A stretch of DNA of 64,000 bases from Acidimicrobiia bacterium UBA5794 (lineage in GTDB: Bacteria > Actinomycetota > Acidimicrobiia > Spongiisociales > UBA5794): NCBI GenBank assembly GCA_002418265.1, contig DIDS01000014.1, forward strand, positions 72,588 through 136,587, in the 5' to 3' direction. The notes under the pieces are model-generated. The model saw only the letters and a list, made by a program, of their open reading frames with translations, was not told where the DNA came from and searched no databases. A program made the translations under genes and the position numbers. Shown here piece by piece: positions 1-9,676 of the stretch (position 1 is the first letter of the stretch; each line of letters opens with the position of its first letter).

Positions 1-156
1 GAACCGGTGTCCGCGTGTGTCGGTCACCCACATGACCGAGTCCTTGCCCTTGACCGCTTTCTCGAACGCGGTCGCGATCGAATCAGCGTCGTCCACGGTG
101 ATCTCGAGCTCTCTTGCTGAGGACAAACCGATGCGCACGGTTGTGATATCACTCAT
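1..156 (-). CDS. DUF3107-like small protein (3' end runs off window)
   Basis: Manual translation MSDITTVRIGLSSARELEITVDDADSIATAFEKAV...VTDTRGHRF; GGAGG RBS upstream of ATG at 156; not in ORF track. Confidence 0.75.
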   Translation of the reverse strand, partial: MSDITTVRIGLSSARELEITVDDADSIATAFEKAVKGKDSVMWVTDTRGHRF

Positions 157-200
157 GTCTTTTCCTCCGGTCGATTTGTTGCATGGTCGTTTGTCGCTCG

Positions 201-1313
201 TCAGGAAATCACGAGTTCGGGATGGCTGCGAAGACGCGGCTTGCGAGCAACAAGCTCATCAGCGATCGCTGCAAATGCCTTGGTTGCTTCGCTATCGGGA
301 TCAGCGATGACAATGGGCTGACCGACGTCTCCGCCCTCGCGAAGCTCAGGGACAAACGGCACCTGTCCGAGAAATGGGACATCAAGATCCGATGCCAGCT
401 GCTCTCCCCCACCGGAGCCGAACAGCTCATACCTCGTACCATCATCTCCGGTGAACCACGACATGTTCTCAACGACACCGACGACTTCTTGGTTGACCTT
501 GGCTGCCATGAGCCCGGCCTTGACCGCGACACGTTGCGCAGCGGGCTGCGGTGTGGTCACGACGATGATCTCTGAGCGTGGCAGATACTGCGCAATCGAG
601 ATCGAAACATCGCCGGTCCCCGGCGGCATGTCGATGAGGAGGAAGTCGATGTCCCCCCAATAGACGTCGACGAGGAACTGCTCGAGAGCCTTGTGCAGCA
701 TGGGCCCCCTCCACACAACCGCCTGCTCGGGGTCGACGAAGAAGTCCATCGAGATCGTTGCAACACCGTGGGCGACCGGCGGGATCAGCATCTCCTCGAG
801 AACCGATGGGGCACGATCAACGCCCATCATTTTCGGTATCGAAAAGCCCCACACATCGGCGTCCATGATTCCGACGCTGTGGCCCTTCTCGGTGAGGGCA
901 AGAGCGAGGTTCACTGTTACCGAGGACTTACCGACGCCTCCCTTTCCCGATGCGATACCGATCACCCGGGTGCGTGAGCCTGGTCTTGCGAGCGCTATTT
1001 CACGCTCCCCGGAAGCCTGTCCGCGCATCTTGGAACCGAGAGCGGACCGCTCCTCTTCGGTCATGGCACGCATCTCCACCGAGATTTTCGATGCACCTGC
1101 ATTGGTGGCAGCAAGACGGATCCGGCTGAGGAGTTCTGTCTCCATCGGGTGGCCGCCAAGTGGCAGCGCAAGGCGAACGACGACCGGTCCTGTGTCTTCC
1201 TCGGCACTGGCCTGCTCGACGCTGTCGACCATGCCAAGGGAACCAATTGTCGATCGTAGTTCGGGGTCGACAACGGTCTCCACGGCTTCTCGAATGGGTG
1301 TTAGATCTGGCAT
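201..1313 (-). CDS. apbC: Mrp/NBP35 (ApbC) Fe-S cluster carrier ATPase
   Basis: N-terminal DUF59-like DPEL motif, SGKGGVGKS, DMPPGTGD, VENMS; AGGAG RBS before ATG 1313. Confidence 0.92.
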   Translation of the reverse strand: MPDLTPIREAVETVVDPELRSTIGSLGMVDSVEQASAEEDTGPVVVRLALPLGGHPMETELLSRIRLAATNAGASKISVEMRAMTEEERSALGSKMRGQASGEREIALARPGSRTRVIGIASGKGGVGKSSVTVNLALALTEKGHSVGIMDADVWGFSIPKMMGVDRAPSVLEEMLIPPVAHGVATISMDFFVDPEQAVVWRGPMLHKALEQFLVDVYWGDIDFLLIDMPPGTGDVSISIAQYLPRSEIIVVTTPQPAAQRVAVKAGLMAAKVNQEVVGVVENMSWFTGDDGTRYELFGSGGGEQLASDLDVPFLGQVPFVPELREGGDVGQPIVIADPDSEATKAFAAIADELVARKPRLRSHPELVIS

Positions 1314-1431
1314 TGGAATCTCCTGAAGTGCGTGCAAACGAGGCTAGTGGTCTGTCGCTCAGTCGATGTCATGGGGACCCGCGTCGGCGCGATCACCGCT
1401 TCGGACATACAATGGGGACGCGGAGGATGAC

Positions 1432-2097
1432 ATGGTTGACACAAGTTTCGATGAACAGATCGAAACCCTGACGGGCGCGCTCGGCGATGCGACCAGACGC
1501 GGGATCTATGTGATGATCCGCGAGTCGCACACGGCCGTTACCGCGAGCCAGATCGCCGCGAATTTCCAGATCCATCCCAACGTTGCTCGCCACCATCTGG
1601 ATCGTCTGGTGACTGATGGATTCATCCGAGTCTCGGATCGTCAGCAATCCAAGGCAACAGCCGGTCGACCTGCCAAGCACTACGAGGCGACAGACAAGGC
1701 TGTGTCGGTCCAGTACTCGTCGAGCAAATACGACGCCCTCGCCGAACTCCTCGTCGCAGTGATCGACCGTCTCGACGATGGAACAGCGGAAGAAATCGCC
1801 TCCTCGGTCGGCCACGACTACGGCGTACGGCTGGGTGCAGAGATCGGGGTTCCTGACGATGAGGGCTACGAGGTCGCGGCAATGGCGGTTGCGACATCAA
1901 TGATGAGGCAGGGGCTCGGTGCTTCGACCGTGGCATCTGAGAACCGCATCGTCGCTCGATTCTGTCCGCTTTCGGACCCCGATGCAGACGAGCCATCCGT
2001 GCTGCGGAGTCTTGACGAGGGGATCGTGCGGGGACTTCTCGAGAGCGCAGCCGCACGACCCGTCGTGGTCGAACTCGACCATCCATCAGCCTCATAA
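1432..2097 (+). CDS. ArsR/SufR-like HTH transcriptional regulator
   Basis: LGDATRRGIY, HPNVARHHLDRL, GRPAKHY, C-terminal FCP; GGAGG RBS. Confidence 0.8.
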   Translation: MVDTSFDEQIETLTGALGDATRRGIYVMIRESHTAVTASQIAANFQIHPNVARHHLDRLVTDGFIRVSDRQQSKATAGRPAKHYEATDKAVSVQYSSSKYDALAELLVAVIDRLDDGTAEEIASSVGHDYGVRLGAEIGVPDDEGYEVAAMAVATSMMRQGLGASTVASENRIVARFCPLSDPDADEPSVLRSLDEGIVRGLLESAAARPVVVELDHPSAS

Positions 2098-2099
2098 AA

Positions 2100-2479
2100 C
2101 CTGTTCCCCCTTCAGGGGGAACAGGCGAGTCTTCGAGCCATGGGTGCGTGCGAGCCTGCGAGCCCCGTCTCCCAGAGGGGAACAGGCGAGTCTCCGAGCC
2201 AAGGGACGGCCCCCCTGCGTCGCTAGCGCTCCGCGTCCCCCCGGCAGCCGGGGGGACGGGTAAGCACGCCAAGCCAAGGGGACGGGAAGAACCTCAACAC
2301 TGTTCCCCCTTCAGGGGGAACGGGCGAGTCTTCGAGCCATGGGGGCGTGCGAGCCTGCGAGCCCCGTCTCCCAGACGTCAGACGTCAGAAGCCCCCCTGC
2401 ACCTCGCTGCGCTCGGCGCGTCCCCCCGCAAGCGGGAGGACGGGAAGAAGAGCCCAACCCTGTTCCCCCTTCAGGGGGA
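2100..2479. repeat. Cluster of REP-like palindromic repeats between convergent genes
   Basis: 76-nt unit at 2101-2176 and 2300-2375 (2 mismatches) starting with hairpin CTGTTCCCCC-TTCA-GGGGGAACAG; partial copies at 2177-2201 and 2459-2479; second unit CCCCCTGCACCTCGCTGCGCTCGGCGCGTCCCCCCGCAAGCGGGAGGACGGG at 2391-2445. Confidence 0.9.
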
Positions 2480-2488
2480 CGGTGTGGG

Positions 2489-5161
2489 CTATTCGGCCAT
2501 TTGGCGGAGGACCATGTGGAGGATGCCGCCGTGGCGGAGGTAGTCGACCTCGATTGGGGTATCGCAGCGCGCTGTAGCGACGAACTCAATGACCGTTCCA
2601 TCTGGCTTGGTCGCGGTCACCGTGATCTCCTGGCGAGGTACCAGCGAATCATCCACGGCGATATCGAAGGTCTCGGTGCCGTCCAGACCGAGGGAATCGG
2701 CGCTCTCGCCTTCGGCAAAAGCCAACGGAAGCACACCCATCATCACGAGGTTGGATCGGTGAATCCGTTCATAGCTCTCAGCAATGACTGCCTTCACACC
2801 GAGGAGAAACGTTCCCTTGGCAGCCCAGTCGCGCGATGATCCCATGCCGTAGTCGACACCGGCGAGCACCACCAGCGGTGTTTGAGCCTCGGCATAGTTG
2901 ATGCTGGCGTCGTACACGGAACGGACCTCACCGTCGGTGAAGTCTGTGGTCCATCCTCCCTCGGTTCCGGGAGCGAGTTGGTTACGAACTCTGATGTTTG
3001 CGAATGTGCCTCGTGTCATGACGCGGTCGTTGCCGCGGCGCGATCCATACGAGTTGAACAGCCGTTGTTCGACTCCAGCATCGGTGAGGAACCGACCCGC
3101 TGGCGTGTCGAGGCCAATCGTTCCCGCGGGGCTGATGTGATCGGTCGTGATCGAATCACCAAGCTTGAGGAGAACCCTGGCTCCGGTGATCGGAAGGATC
3201 GGCACCGGATCCGGGCTGAGATCCTTGAAGAACGGCGGCTCCTGGATGTAGGTCGATTCGGGCTGCCAATCAAACAGTGCTCCACCGGTGACAGGGATCG
3301 CCCGCCATTGCGGAGATCCCTGAAAAACGGCCCCGTATTCGCGGGTGAATTGCTCAGTCTTGAGTGAGTCTTGGATCGTTGAGGCGATTTCTTCTTGCGC
3401 TGGCCAAATATCTCGCAGGTACACATCTTGACCGTGGTCATCGGTGCCGATGGGTTCGGTCGACAGGTCGATATCGACCGTTCCTGCAATGGCATACGCC
3501 ACAACGAGCGGTGGACTTGCCAGGTAGTTAGCCCGTACGTCGGGGCTGATACGTCCCTCGAAGTTTCGGTTTCCCGACAGAACCGAAACCGCCACAATGT
3601 CGTTGTCGTGGACCGCCTTGCTGATGGCCGGTGGAAGCGGACCCGAGTTGCCGATACAGGTCGTGCAACCATATCCGACGGTATAAAAGCCGAGGGCTTC
3701 GAGATCCTCCATCAAGCCCGACTTCGTGAGGTATTCGGTCACGACTTTCGAACCCGGTGCCAACGACGTCTTCACCCACGGTTTGCGGTGGAGGCCCCTC
3801 TCGCGAGCCTTTCGGGCAACGAGTCCCGCGCCAACCATGACCTCGGGGTTTGATGTGTTGGTGCAGGAGGTGATCGCAGCGATCACCACATCGCCGTCGG
3901 AGAGATCAAAGGTCGCACCCTCGCTCTCAACTCCGGTCGCCACACGGGGACCACCACCATCGGGGCGGAGCTGGCCATCAATGTCGACGTGCCACTGCTG
4001 TTTCATCCGTGTCAATTCGATCCGATCCTGCGGACGCTTGGGACCAGCGAGAGACGCCACGACCGTCGACATGTCGAGTTCGAGGCTCGAGCTGTAGGTG
4101 ATCTCACGAGAGTCCTCACGCCACATGCCCTGCATCTTGTAGTACTGCTCAACGGTCGCAATGAGTTCCTCTGACCGTCCTGACAAACGCATGTAGTCGA
4201 GCGTGCGTTCATCAACAGGGAAGAACCCGATCGTGGCGCCATACTCGGGTGCCATGTTCGCAATGGTTGCTCGATTCGCAACGGGCATCTCCGACAGACC
4301 AGGCCCGTAGAACTCGACGAACTTCCCGACCACACCGTGGGCGCGAAGCATCTCGGTGACAACGAGGACCAAGTCGGTCGCTGTCGTTCCATCGGGTAGG
4401 GCTCCCGTCAGTTTGAACCCGACCACTTCCGGAAGCAGCATGTAGATCGGCTGACCAACCATCACCGCTTCAGCTTCGATCCCCCCGACTCCCCATCCCA
4501 CGACACCAAGACCGTTGATCATGGTTGTGTGGCTGTCTGTTCCGACGAGTGAATCCGGGTACAGGGTTCCATTGCTGTCCCACACAACCTTGGCAAGGTA
4601 TTCGAGGTTGACCTGATGAACAATGCCGGTGGCTGGGGGAACAACCGAGAAGTTGTCGAATGCCGATTGTCCCCACTTGAGGAACTCGTAACGTTCACGG
4701 TTTCGTTCGAACTCGAGGTCAGAGTTGATACCGAGTGCATCAGGGGTGTTGAAGGCATCGACCTGGACCGAATGGTCTATCACCAGATCAACAGGCACCA
4801 GAGGGTTGACTTTGTCCGCAGCCGATTCGTCGCCAGTCATCTGAACGATTGCAGAGCGCATTGCAGCGAGATCCACGACGGATGGGACACCTGTGAAGTC
4901 CTGAAGGACGACTCGTCCAGGCTTGAAGGCGATCTCGTTGATCCCAACCTTCGAGGCGTCATATTGGGCAACTGCGGTGACGTCTTCATCACGAACCACG
5001 CGTCCGTCGTGGTTGCGAAGAACGGATTCGAGCAGCACCTTGATCGAGTACGGCAGGGCATCGATATCGCCCATGTCCTTGAGTGCATCGAGGCGATAGA
5101 TGGTTCGCTCACCGAGTGGTGTGTCGATGGTTGCTTTGGCTGAAAAAGGGTCGTGGCTCAC
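2489..5161 (-). CDS. acnA: Aconitate hydratase A
   Basis: [52 protein letters not shown] start at 5161 after GAGGA. Confidence 0.97.
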   Translation of the reverse strand: MSHDPFSAKATIDTPLGERTIYRLDALKDMGDIDALPYSIKVLLESVLRNHDGRVVRDEDVTAVAQYDASKVGINEIAFKPGRVVLQDFTGVPSVVDLAAMRSAIVQMTGDESAADKVNPLVPVDLVIDHSVQVDAFNTPDALGINSDLEFERNRERYEFLKWGQSAFDNFSVVPPATGIVHQVNLEYLAKVVWDSNGTLYPDSLVGTDSHTTMINGLGVVGWGVGGIEAEAVMVGQPIYMLLPEVVGFKLTGALPDGTTATDLVLVVTEMLRAHGVVGKFVEFYGPGLSEMPVANRATIANMAPEYGATIGFFPVDERTLDYMRLSGRSEELIATVEQYYKMQGMWREDSREITYSSSLELDMSTVVASLAGPKRPQDRIELTRMKQQWHVDIDGQLRPDGGGPRVATGVESEGATFDLSDGDVVIAAITSCTNTSNPEVMVGAGLVARKARERGLHRKPWVKTSLAPGSKVVTEYLTKSGLMEDLEALGFYTVGYGCTTCIGNSGPLPPAISKAVHDNDIVAVSVLSGNRNFEGRISPDVRANYLASPPLVVAYAIAGTVDIDLSTEPIGTDDHGQDVYLRDIWPAQEEIASTIQDSLKTEQFTREYGAVFQGSPQWRAIPVTGGALFDWQPESTYIQEPPFFKDLSPDPVPILPITGARVLLKLGDSITTDHISPAGTIGLDTPAGRFLTDAGVEQRLFNSYGSRRGNDRVMTRGTFANIRVRNQLAPGTEGGWTTDFTDGEVRSVYDASINYAEAQTPLVVLAGVDYGMGSSRDWAAKGTFLLGVKAVIAESYERIHRSNLVMMGVLPLAFAEGESADSLGLDGTETFDIAVDDSLVPRQEITVTATKPDGTVIEFVATARCDTPIEVDYLRHGGILHMVLRQMAE

Positions 5162-5358
5162 TGTGTCCTCTTCCGGTTGTGTGTGCGGTGTGTGTTCAGC
5201 TTGTAAGACTAGGGGGCACTTGCGGACGAATTTGGGGGACAAGAAAACGCGATGTTTCGTCTTTCGCGAACTCTTGTGAACTTCCTTTCGACCTGGGGTT
5301 CGAAACAACGCAGGGCAAGTTGGTTTCCACCTATCCGGAGAGCGGTCCTACCGTTGCA

Positions 5359-5871
5359 ATGATGAGAGCTCGATCAATCCGGACCCTGCTGCTGCTCGCC
5401 GCTGTGGTTGTGATCGTGTCGGCATGCAACTCAAGTGTTGCTGACGAAACCAGCGATCTTGAGCTTGCTCCGGATTTCGTGGTACCTACGGCTGACGGCG
5501 GAATGTTCAGCGTTGACGATCACATCGCAACGGATGGTCGACCGATTTTCTTGAACCTGTGGGCATCGTGGTGCTTCCCGTGTAGGGAGGAGATGCCTGC
5601 AATCGATGAGGCATCAAAGCTCAATCCGGATGTCGCTTTTATCGGCGTTTCCGTCCAGGACAGGACTGCAGATGCGATCTCGTTCCTTGACGAAGTCCAG
5701 GTGTCGTACACGATTGGGTTCGATGAGGACGGGACCGTCGACGGCGAGTATCAACCACTCGGACTCCCGGCCTCGTACATCATCTCAAGTGAGGGCGTGA
5801 TCCTTGAACGGATCTTCGGAAAAGTCACCGTTGACGACATTGCAGAGAAGTTCTCAAACCACTTCGGGTAA
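5359..5871 (+). CDS. TlpA/ResA-family thiol-disulfide oxidoreductase lipoprotein
   Basis: Lipobox VSAC, NLWASWCFPCREEMP, GLPASY. Confidence 0.88.
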   Translation: MMRARSIRTLLLLAAVVVIVSACNSSVADETSDLELAPDFVVPTADGGMFSVDDHIATDGRPIFLNLWASWCFPCREEMPAIDEASKLNPDVAFIGVSVQDRTADAISFLDEVQVSYTIGFDEDGTVDGEYQPLGLPASYIISSEGVILERIFGKVTVDDIAEKFSNHFG

Positions 5872-5941
5872 TCGCTGACATCGGACGAGCGCGTCACCTC
5901 GTTGCGGTAGCGTGGTGAGTTCGAACGACAGGTGGGACCAC

Positions 5942-6631
5942 GTGACAACGAAGGCGCGACCGACATGGAAGGATGGACTGCGAGATGTCTCCCCCGTCAT
6001 CATCGGTCTCGCCCCGTTTGGACTGATATTCGGGGTCACCGCCGCGGCCGCTGATGTGGACCAACTCGCTGCATGGGCATCTTCCTTCATCGTATTCGCC
6101 GGAGCGAGCCAGCTTGCGATTGTGGAGGTCATGGGCACCGGTGGTGCCGCGATCACTGCGCTGTTCACGGCCATCGTCATCAACTCGCGACACCTCATGT
6201 ACTCAGCAGATATGGGGAGATACACATCGGATCTGCCGATCGGGCTCCGGGCACGGATGGCCTACATCCTGACTGATCAGGCGTATGCCGTTACGGGCAC
6301 ACGGTTCCCCGATCCAAACCACACCGAAGGATTGCCTTCGTACTACTTCGGTGTTGCCCTCGGACTTTGGACGACGTGGCAGATCACAACGACGGCGGGG
6401 TTCCTTCTTGGACAAGCCATCCCTCCCGAATGGAGACTTGAATTCGCGGTCCCCATGGTGTTCCTTGCGCTGCTCGTCTTCTCCGTCAAATCAATTCCAG
6501 GCGTCCTTGCCGCCGTCGTCGGAGGAACTGTTGCGCTCGCAACGATGCATCTGGACTATCAACTTGGCCTTATGTGTGGCGCGGCAGCGGGTGTCCTCGC
6601 TGGCCTGATGTCGGAGCGTTGGTTCGTATGA
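5942..6631 (+). CDS. azlC: AzlC-family branched-chain amino acid exporter
   Basis: FAGASQL, INSRHLMYS, LTDQAYA motifs; multi-TM. Confidence 0.88.
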   Translation: MTTKARPTWKDGLRDVSPVIIGLAPFGLIFGVTAAAADVDQLAAWASSFIVFAGASQLAIVEVMGTGGAAITALFTAIVINSRHLMYSADMGRYTSDLPIGLRARMAYILTDQAYAVTGTRFPDPNHTEGLPSYYFGVALGLWTTWQITTTAGFLLGQAIPPEWRLEFAVPMVFLALLVFSVKSIPGVLAAVVGGTVALATMHLDYQLGLMCGAAAGVLAGLMSERWFV

Positions 6632-6936
6632 CGATGTGGATCGTCGTCGTGCTCGCGGGCATCGCAACGTTTTCGATGCGGTTCGCCTTCATCGCGCTGT
6701 TTGGTCTCGTTGCTGTTCCCCCACTCCTCGAACGGGCCCTTCGCTATGTCGCCCCGGCAGTGTTGGCGGCACTCACGGTGCCGGCAATCATGGCACCCGA
6801 CAACGCCCTGGATCTGACCAACCCGTTCGTTCCTGCGGCAGTCATTGGCGGACTCGCTGCTTGGTTCACGAAGAGCATCGGTGCAGCGATCATCGTCGGG
6901 CTCCCTGCGCTTTGGCTGATCCTCTGGCTGACGTAG
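6628..6936 (+). CDS. azlD: AzlD-family small membrane subunit
   Basis: ATGA overlap with azlC; TFSMR, LRYVAPAVLAAL motif. Confidence 0.85.
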   Translation: MTMWIVVVLAGIATFSMRFAFIALFGLVAVPPLLERALRYVAPAVLAALTVPAIMAPDNALDLTNPFVPAAVIGGLAAWFTKSIGAAIIVGLPALWLILWLT

Positions 6937-6950
6937 TGCAAGAACACCGG

Positions 6951-7718
6951 TCAGCGGTGTTTCCATTGGGGGGTGCGCTTGGTGAGGAAGGCATCGACAC
7001 CCTCTGATGCGTCTTCGGTCATCGCTATTGCCGTCAGCCCAACGTGGAGGTGATCGAGTGCCGTATCGAAATCCATGTCGGCGGCGGCGTAGAAGGCCTC
7101 TTTCCCGAGGGCGAGCGCTGCAGAAGACTTGGACTTGAGGACCTCAACGACGGCGTCCACCTCGGCATCGAGCCTGTCGTCGGGCACCACGCGTGACACG
7201 ATGCCAAGTTCAACGGCTTCCTCGGCACTCACGATCCCACCCGTCAGCATCATCTCCAGAAGCGCCTTTTGGGGGACGATCGGTATCAGGACCGCCGAGA
7301 TCATCATCGGCCACAGTCCGAGGTCGATCTCGGGTGTACCGAACCTGGCACTCTCGGACGCGATGACGATGTCGCAGGCAGCTGCAACACCGAAACCGCC
7401 CCCGAGCGCGACTCCATTGATTCTGCCAACAATCGGTCTCGGATTGCGTCGCATCGCGCGAAATAGATCAGCGAGGGCACCGCGCTCTTGGTGATCCGAA
7501 AGGGGATCGTCGACGAACCCAGCATGGAGGTCGCCCCCGGCCGAGAAGGCACGGTCGCCTGCTCCTGTCATGACGACGACCTGCACCGAGGGATCCACAC
7601 CGGAACGGACGACGGCATCCGACAGCGAAATCATCTCTGCAATCGACAGTGGGTTGCGTCTCTCGGGATCGTCGATGGTGATCGTCGCAACACCATCGAC
7701 GACCTCATATCTGATCAC
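6951..7718 (-). CDS. Enoyl-CoA hydratase/isomerase family protein
   Basis: AFSAGGDL, ALGGG, FGTPEIDLG, EGVDAFLTKR. Confidence 0.9.
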   Translation of the reverse strand: MIRYEVVDGVATITIDDPERRNPLSIAEMISLSDAVVRSGVDPSVQVVVMTGAGDRAFSAGGDLHAGFVDDPLSDHQERGALADLFRAMRRNPRPIVGRINGVALGGGFGVAAACDIVIASESARFGTPEIDLGLWPMMISAVLIPIVPQKALLEMMLTGGIVSAEEAVELGIVSRVVPDDRLDAEVDAVVEVLKSKSSAALALGKEAFYAAADMDFDTALDHLHVGLTAIAMTEDASEGVDAFLTKRTPQWKHR

Positions 7719-7779
7719 ATTCGCTCCTTGGCTCGCCGTGCACAGCACGCTAGTCATTCATCGTCGGATCGAAGCGATG

Positions 7780-7811
7780 CAGATGTCAGACGTCAGACGT
7801 CAGACGTCAGA
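7780..7811. repeat. Heptamer tandem array (CAGACGT)n
   Basis: CAGATGT CAGACGT x3 CAGA abutting the DUF5317 stop codon. Confidence 0.9.
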
Positions 7812-8372
7812 TCACGAGTGTGTTGCTGAACCGGCGACGCCTTGAGCGCCGTGCGAGAAGAGGCTCGGTGGTTGTCGTATCTGGTCTTCGAGGAAGACGC
7901 CGATACCGATCGCCAGGAACACATCCCCGAGTGACAGCACAGCAGACGGCAGTGGGATCACATCCGCGAGAAACGGCAGCCGGGTCCCATTCGTGAGCAG
8001 TACGTGCTTGGCGTCAAGGGCCAGATCACCGGTATTCCCTGCGATCCCGGCCGCTTCGAGCAGCACCGGCATCCCACCGTTGAGGGCGATGACCGTGAAG
8101 TTCATGAGTATTCCGAGCCCGGCGAGCCAAAGGCCCGGCAGGTCACGGTTGAGCCAGATGAACAGGAGAAGCGGCAGATAGGAGATGAGCACAAGCGAGA
8201 CAGCGAGTTCGTTCTGGTCGGAGGAGACCCAACCCGATCCTGCAAGGATGATGAACCCGAGCGGAAGTAGCCACCACATGGTGACTCTGATCTCTGTCAG
8301 GTTTCGGAGCTTCCCTCCTCGCAGATACCCGACAGCGATCGATACGACCAATACGAGCGCCATCCACTGCAT
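7812..8372 (-). CDS. DUF5317-family membrane protein (LspA-like Asp motifs)
   Basis: RGGKLRNL, N..VIALNGGMPV, FLADVI, SLGDVF motifs; hydrophobic. Confidence 0.85.
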   Translation of the reverse strand: MQWMALVLVVSIAVGYLRGGKLRNLTEIRVTMWWLLPLGFIILAGSGWVSSDQNELAVSLVLISYLPLLLFIWLNRDLPGLWLAGLGILMNFTVIALNGGMPVLLEAAGIAGNTGDLALDAKHVLLTNGTRLPFLADVIPLPSAVLSLGDVFLAIGIGVFLEDQIRQPPSLFSHGAQGVAGSATHS

Positions 8373-8437
8373 GGCTTCACGTTAGCCGTGGCATCACGTT
8401 CGGTACTGAACGCCTTAGTCTGACGTCGGACGTCTGA

Positions 8438-9676
8438 CTAGAAGGTGATTTCGCCCCGGAAGACGAGAACGCGGCGGAGGGACGATCCGATGTGTGGATC
8501 GTATTCGTAGGCAGAACCCTGGTGGATGCGTTCGAGAGACTCGATCGGCGAGAGTCCCATCTCGATTCGTGCATCGTCGTATGCGCTTGCAACCTTGATG
8601 ATCTTGGAAGCGATCGGGACGTCAGGATCCATCGCGACCCCCGGTGAACGGTATGGGCGATGCTGCTGAGCAACGAGGGTTGACACGTGCTCAAGGTACG
8701 GTGCCTCTGCGATGATCTGTGAGCCCCATCGAGCAATGTCCTCATCGGTGTAGCCAGCCTTGACGATCGCAGGCTCATTCAACGTGATGCGACCGACATC
8801 GTGCATCAACGCGGCGTACTCAAGCTCCATCACCTCATTGGGGTGAAGCCCCATCTCCTGTGCAATGGCTATCGCCAGATCAGCGGTTCTTGTTGAATGA
8901 CCCGACGGAGCAAGGCCCGCGACCTCGGGAATCTGGGCGAGAGCGCGAATCGTCTGTCCATAGGTGACGCGCGTTGAGTGGTACCGCTCGAAGGCGAGAT
9001 GACCGAAGGCATACGGCAGGATCGCAACGGCGAAGGCCCACGCCCCCATGAGGGGCCACGTGAGACCAAACAGAGCACCAGCCGCGAAGATGGAGACAAC
9101 GACGGCCCAATCCTCAAGAGCGAGGAGCCATAGGTACCGCCCCGCGAGATCACTCCGTTCCAGGCCCACGAGTGCTGCCACGAGTGCCCTGATGACAAAC
9201 CACACCGTCCCAGCCACGGCAACGCTTGCAACGATCGTCCACGACGGATCGAGTGTGAGTTGGACATCAAATGCCTCGAACACGAATCGATAGGAGAATG
9301 CGTAGGCAGCCATCCCGATGGCATCCGTTAGAAAATCGCCGTCGGATCGGCTGGTCGTCATCGAAAGGCCACGCTCGACCAACCCAGTGGCCGCCAGACC
9401 AAGACAGATGGCTGCGCCGAGCGCAGCATGGTCGGGCACGAGGATTGCGGCACCAACCGCTGCCCCGATGCCGAGACTCAGATGTGACCCCGACGGGGCC
9501 GGAACCGTGATGATCGACACGACGGTGATCGCCGTGGCCCACACCAAGACCGGTAAGAACCAATCGATGAAGCCCACAGCTGTCTGACTCACACCGGAGA
9601 TCGTGAAAGCTGCGGCGCCAACCAGCAATCCAGTCCACGCCGCGAAGGTCAGCGTTCGGAGTCTGAGCTCAGCCAC
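8438..9676 (-). CDS. Membrane-bound HD-domain protein, degenerate HD-GYP
   Basis: ~7 TM N-terminus; GHSTR, ALMHDVG, but lacks HHE..DG.GYP and ADxxDA (has ASAYDDA). Confidence 0.8.
   Translation of the reverse strand: MAELRLRTLTFAAWTGLLVGAAAFTISGVSQTAVGFIDWFLPVLVWATAITVVSIITVPAPSGSHLSLGIGAAVGAAILVPDHAALGAAICLGLAATGLVERGLSMTTSRSDGDFLTDAIGMAAYAFSYRFVFEAFDVQLTLDPSWTIVASVAVAGTVWFVIRALVAALVGLERSDLAGRYLWLLALEDWAVVVSIFAAGALFGLTWPLMGAWAFAVAILPYAFGHLAFERYHSTRVTYGQTIRALAQIPEVAGLAPSGHSTRTADLAIAIAQEMGLHPNEVMELEYAALMHDVGRITLNEPAIVKAGYTDEDIARWGSQIIAEAPYLEHVSTLVAQQHRPYRSPGVAMDPDVPIASKIIKVASAYDDARIEMGLSPIESLERIHQGSAYEYDPHIGSSLRRVLVFRGEITF

Noticed and set aside
2100..2479. Possible CRISPR array
   Set aside because: Units are long, irregularly spaced and separated by other repeats rather than unique spacers; no cas genes.
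1622..2839. ORF-track ORFs spanning the repeat cluster (e.g. 2148..2543, 2339..2839)
   Set aside because: Translations of GC-rich repeats or antisense to acnA; no coding features.
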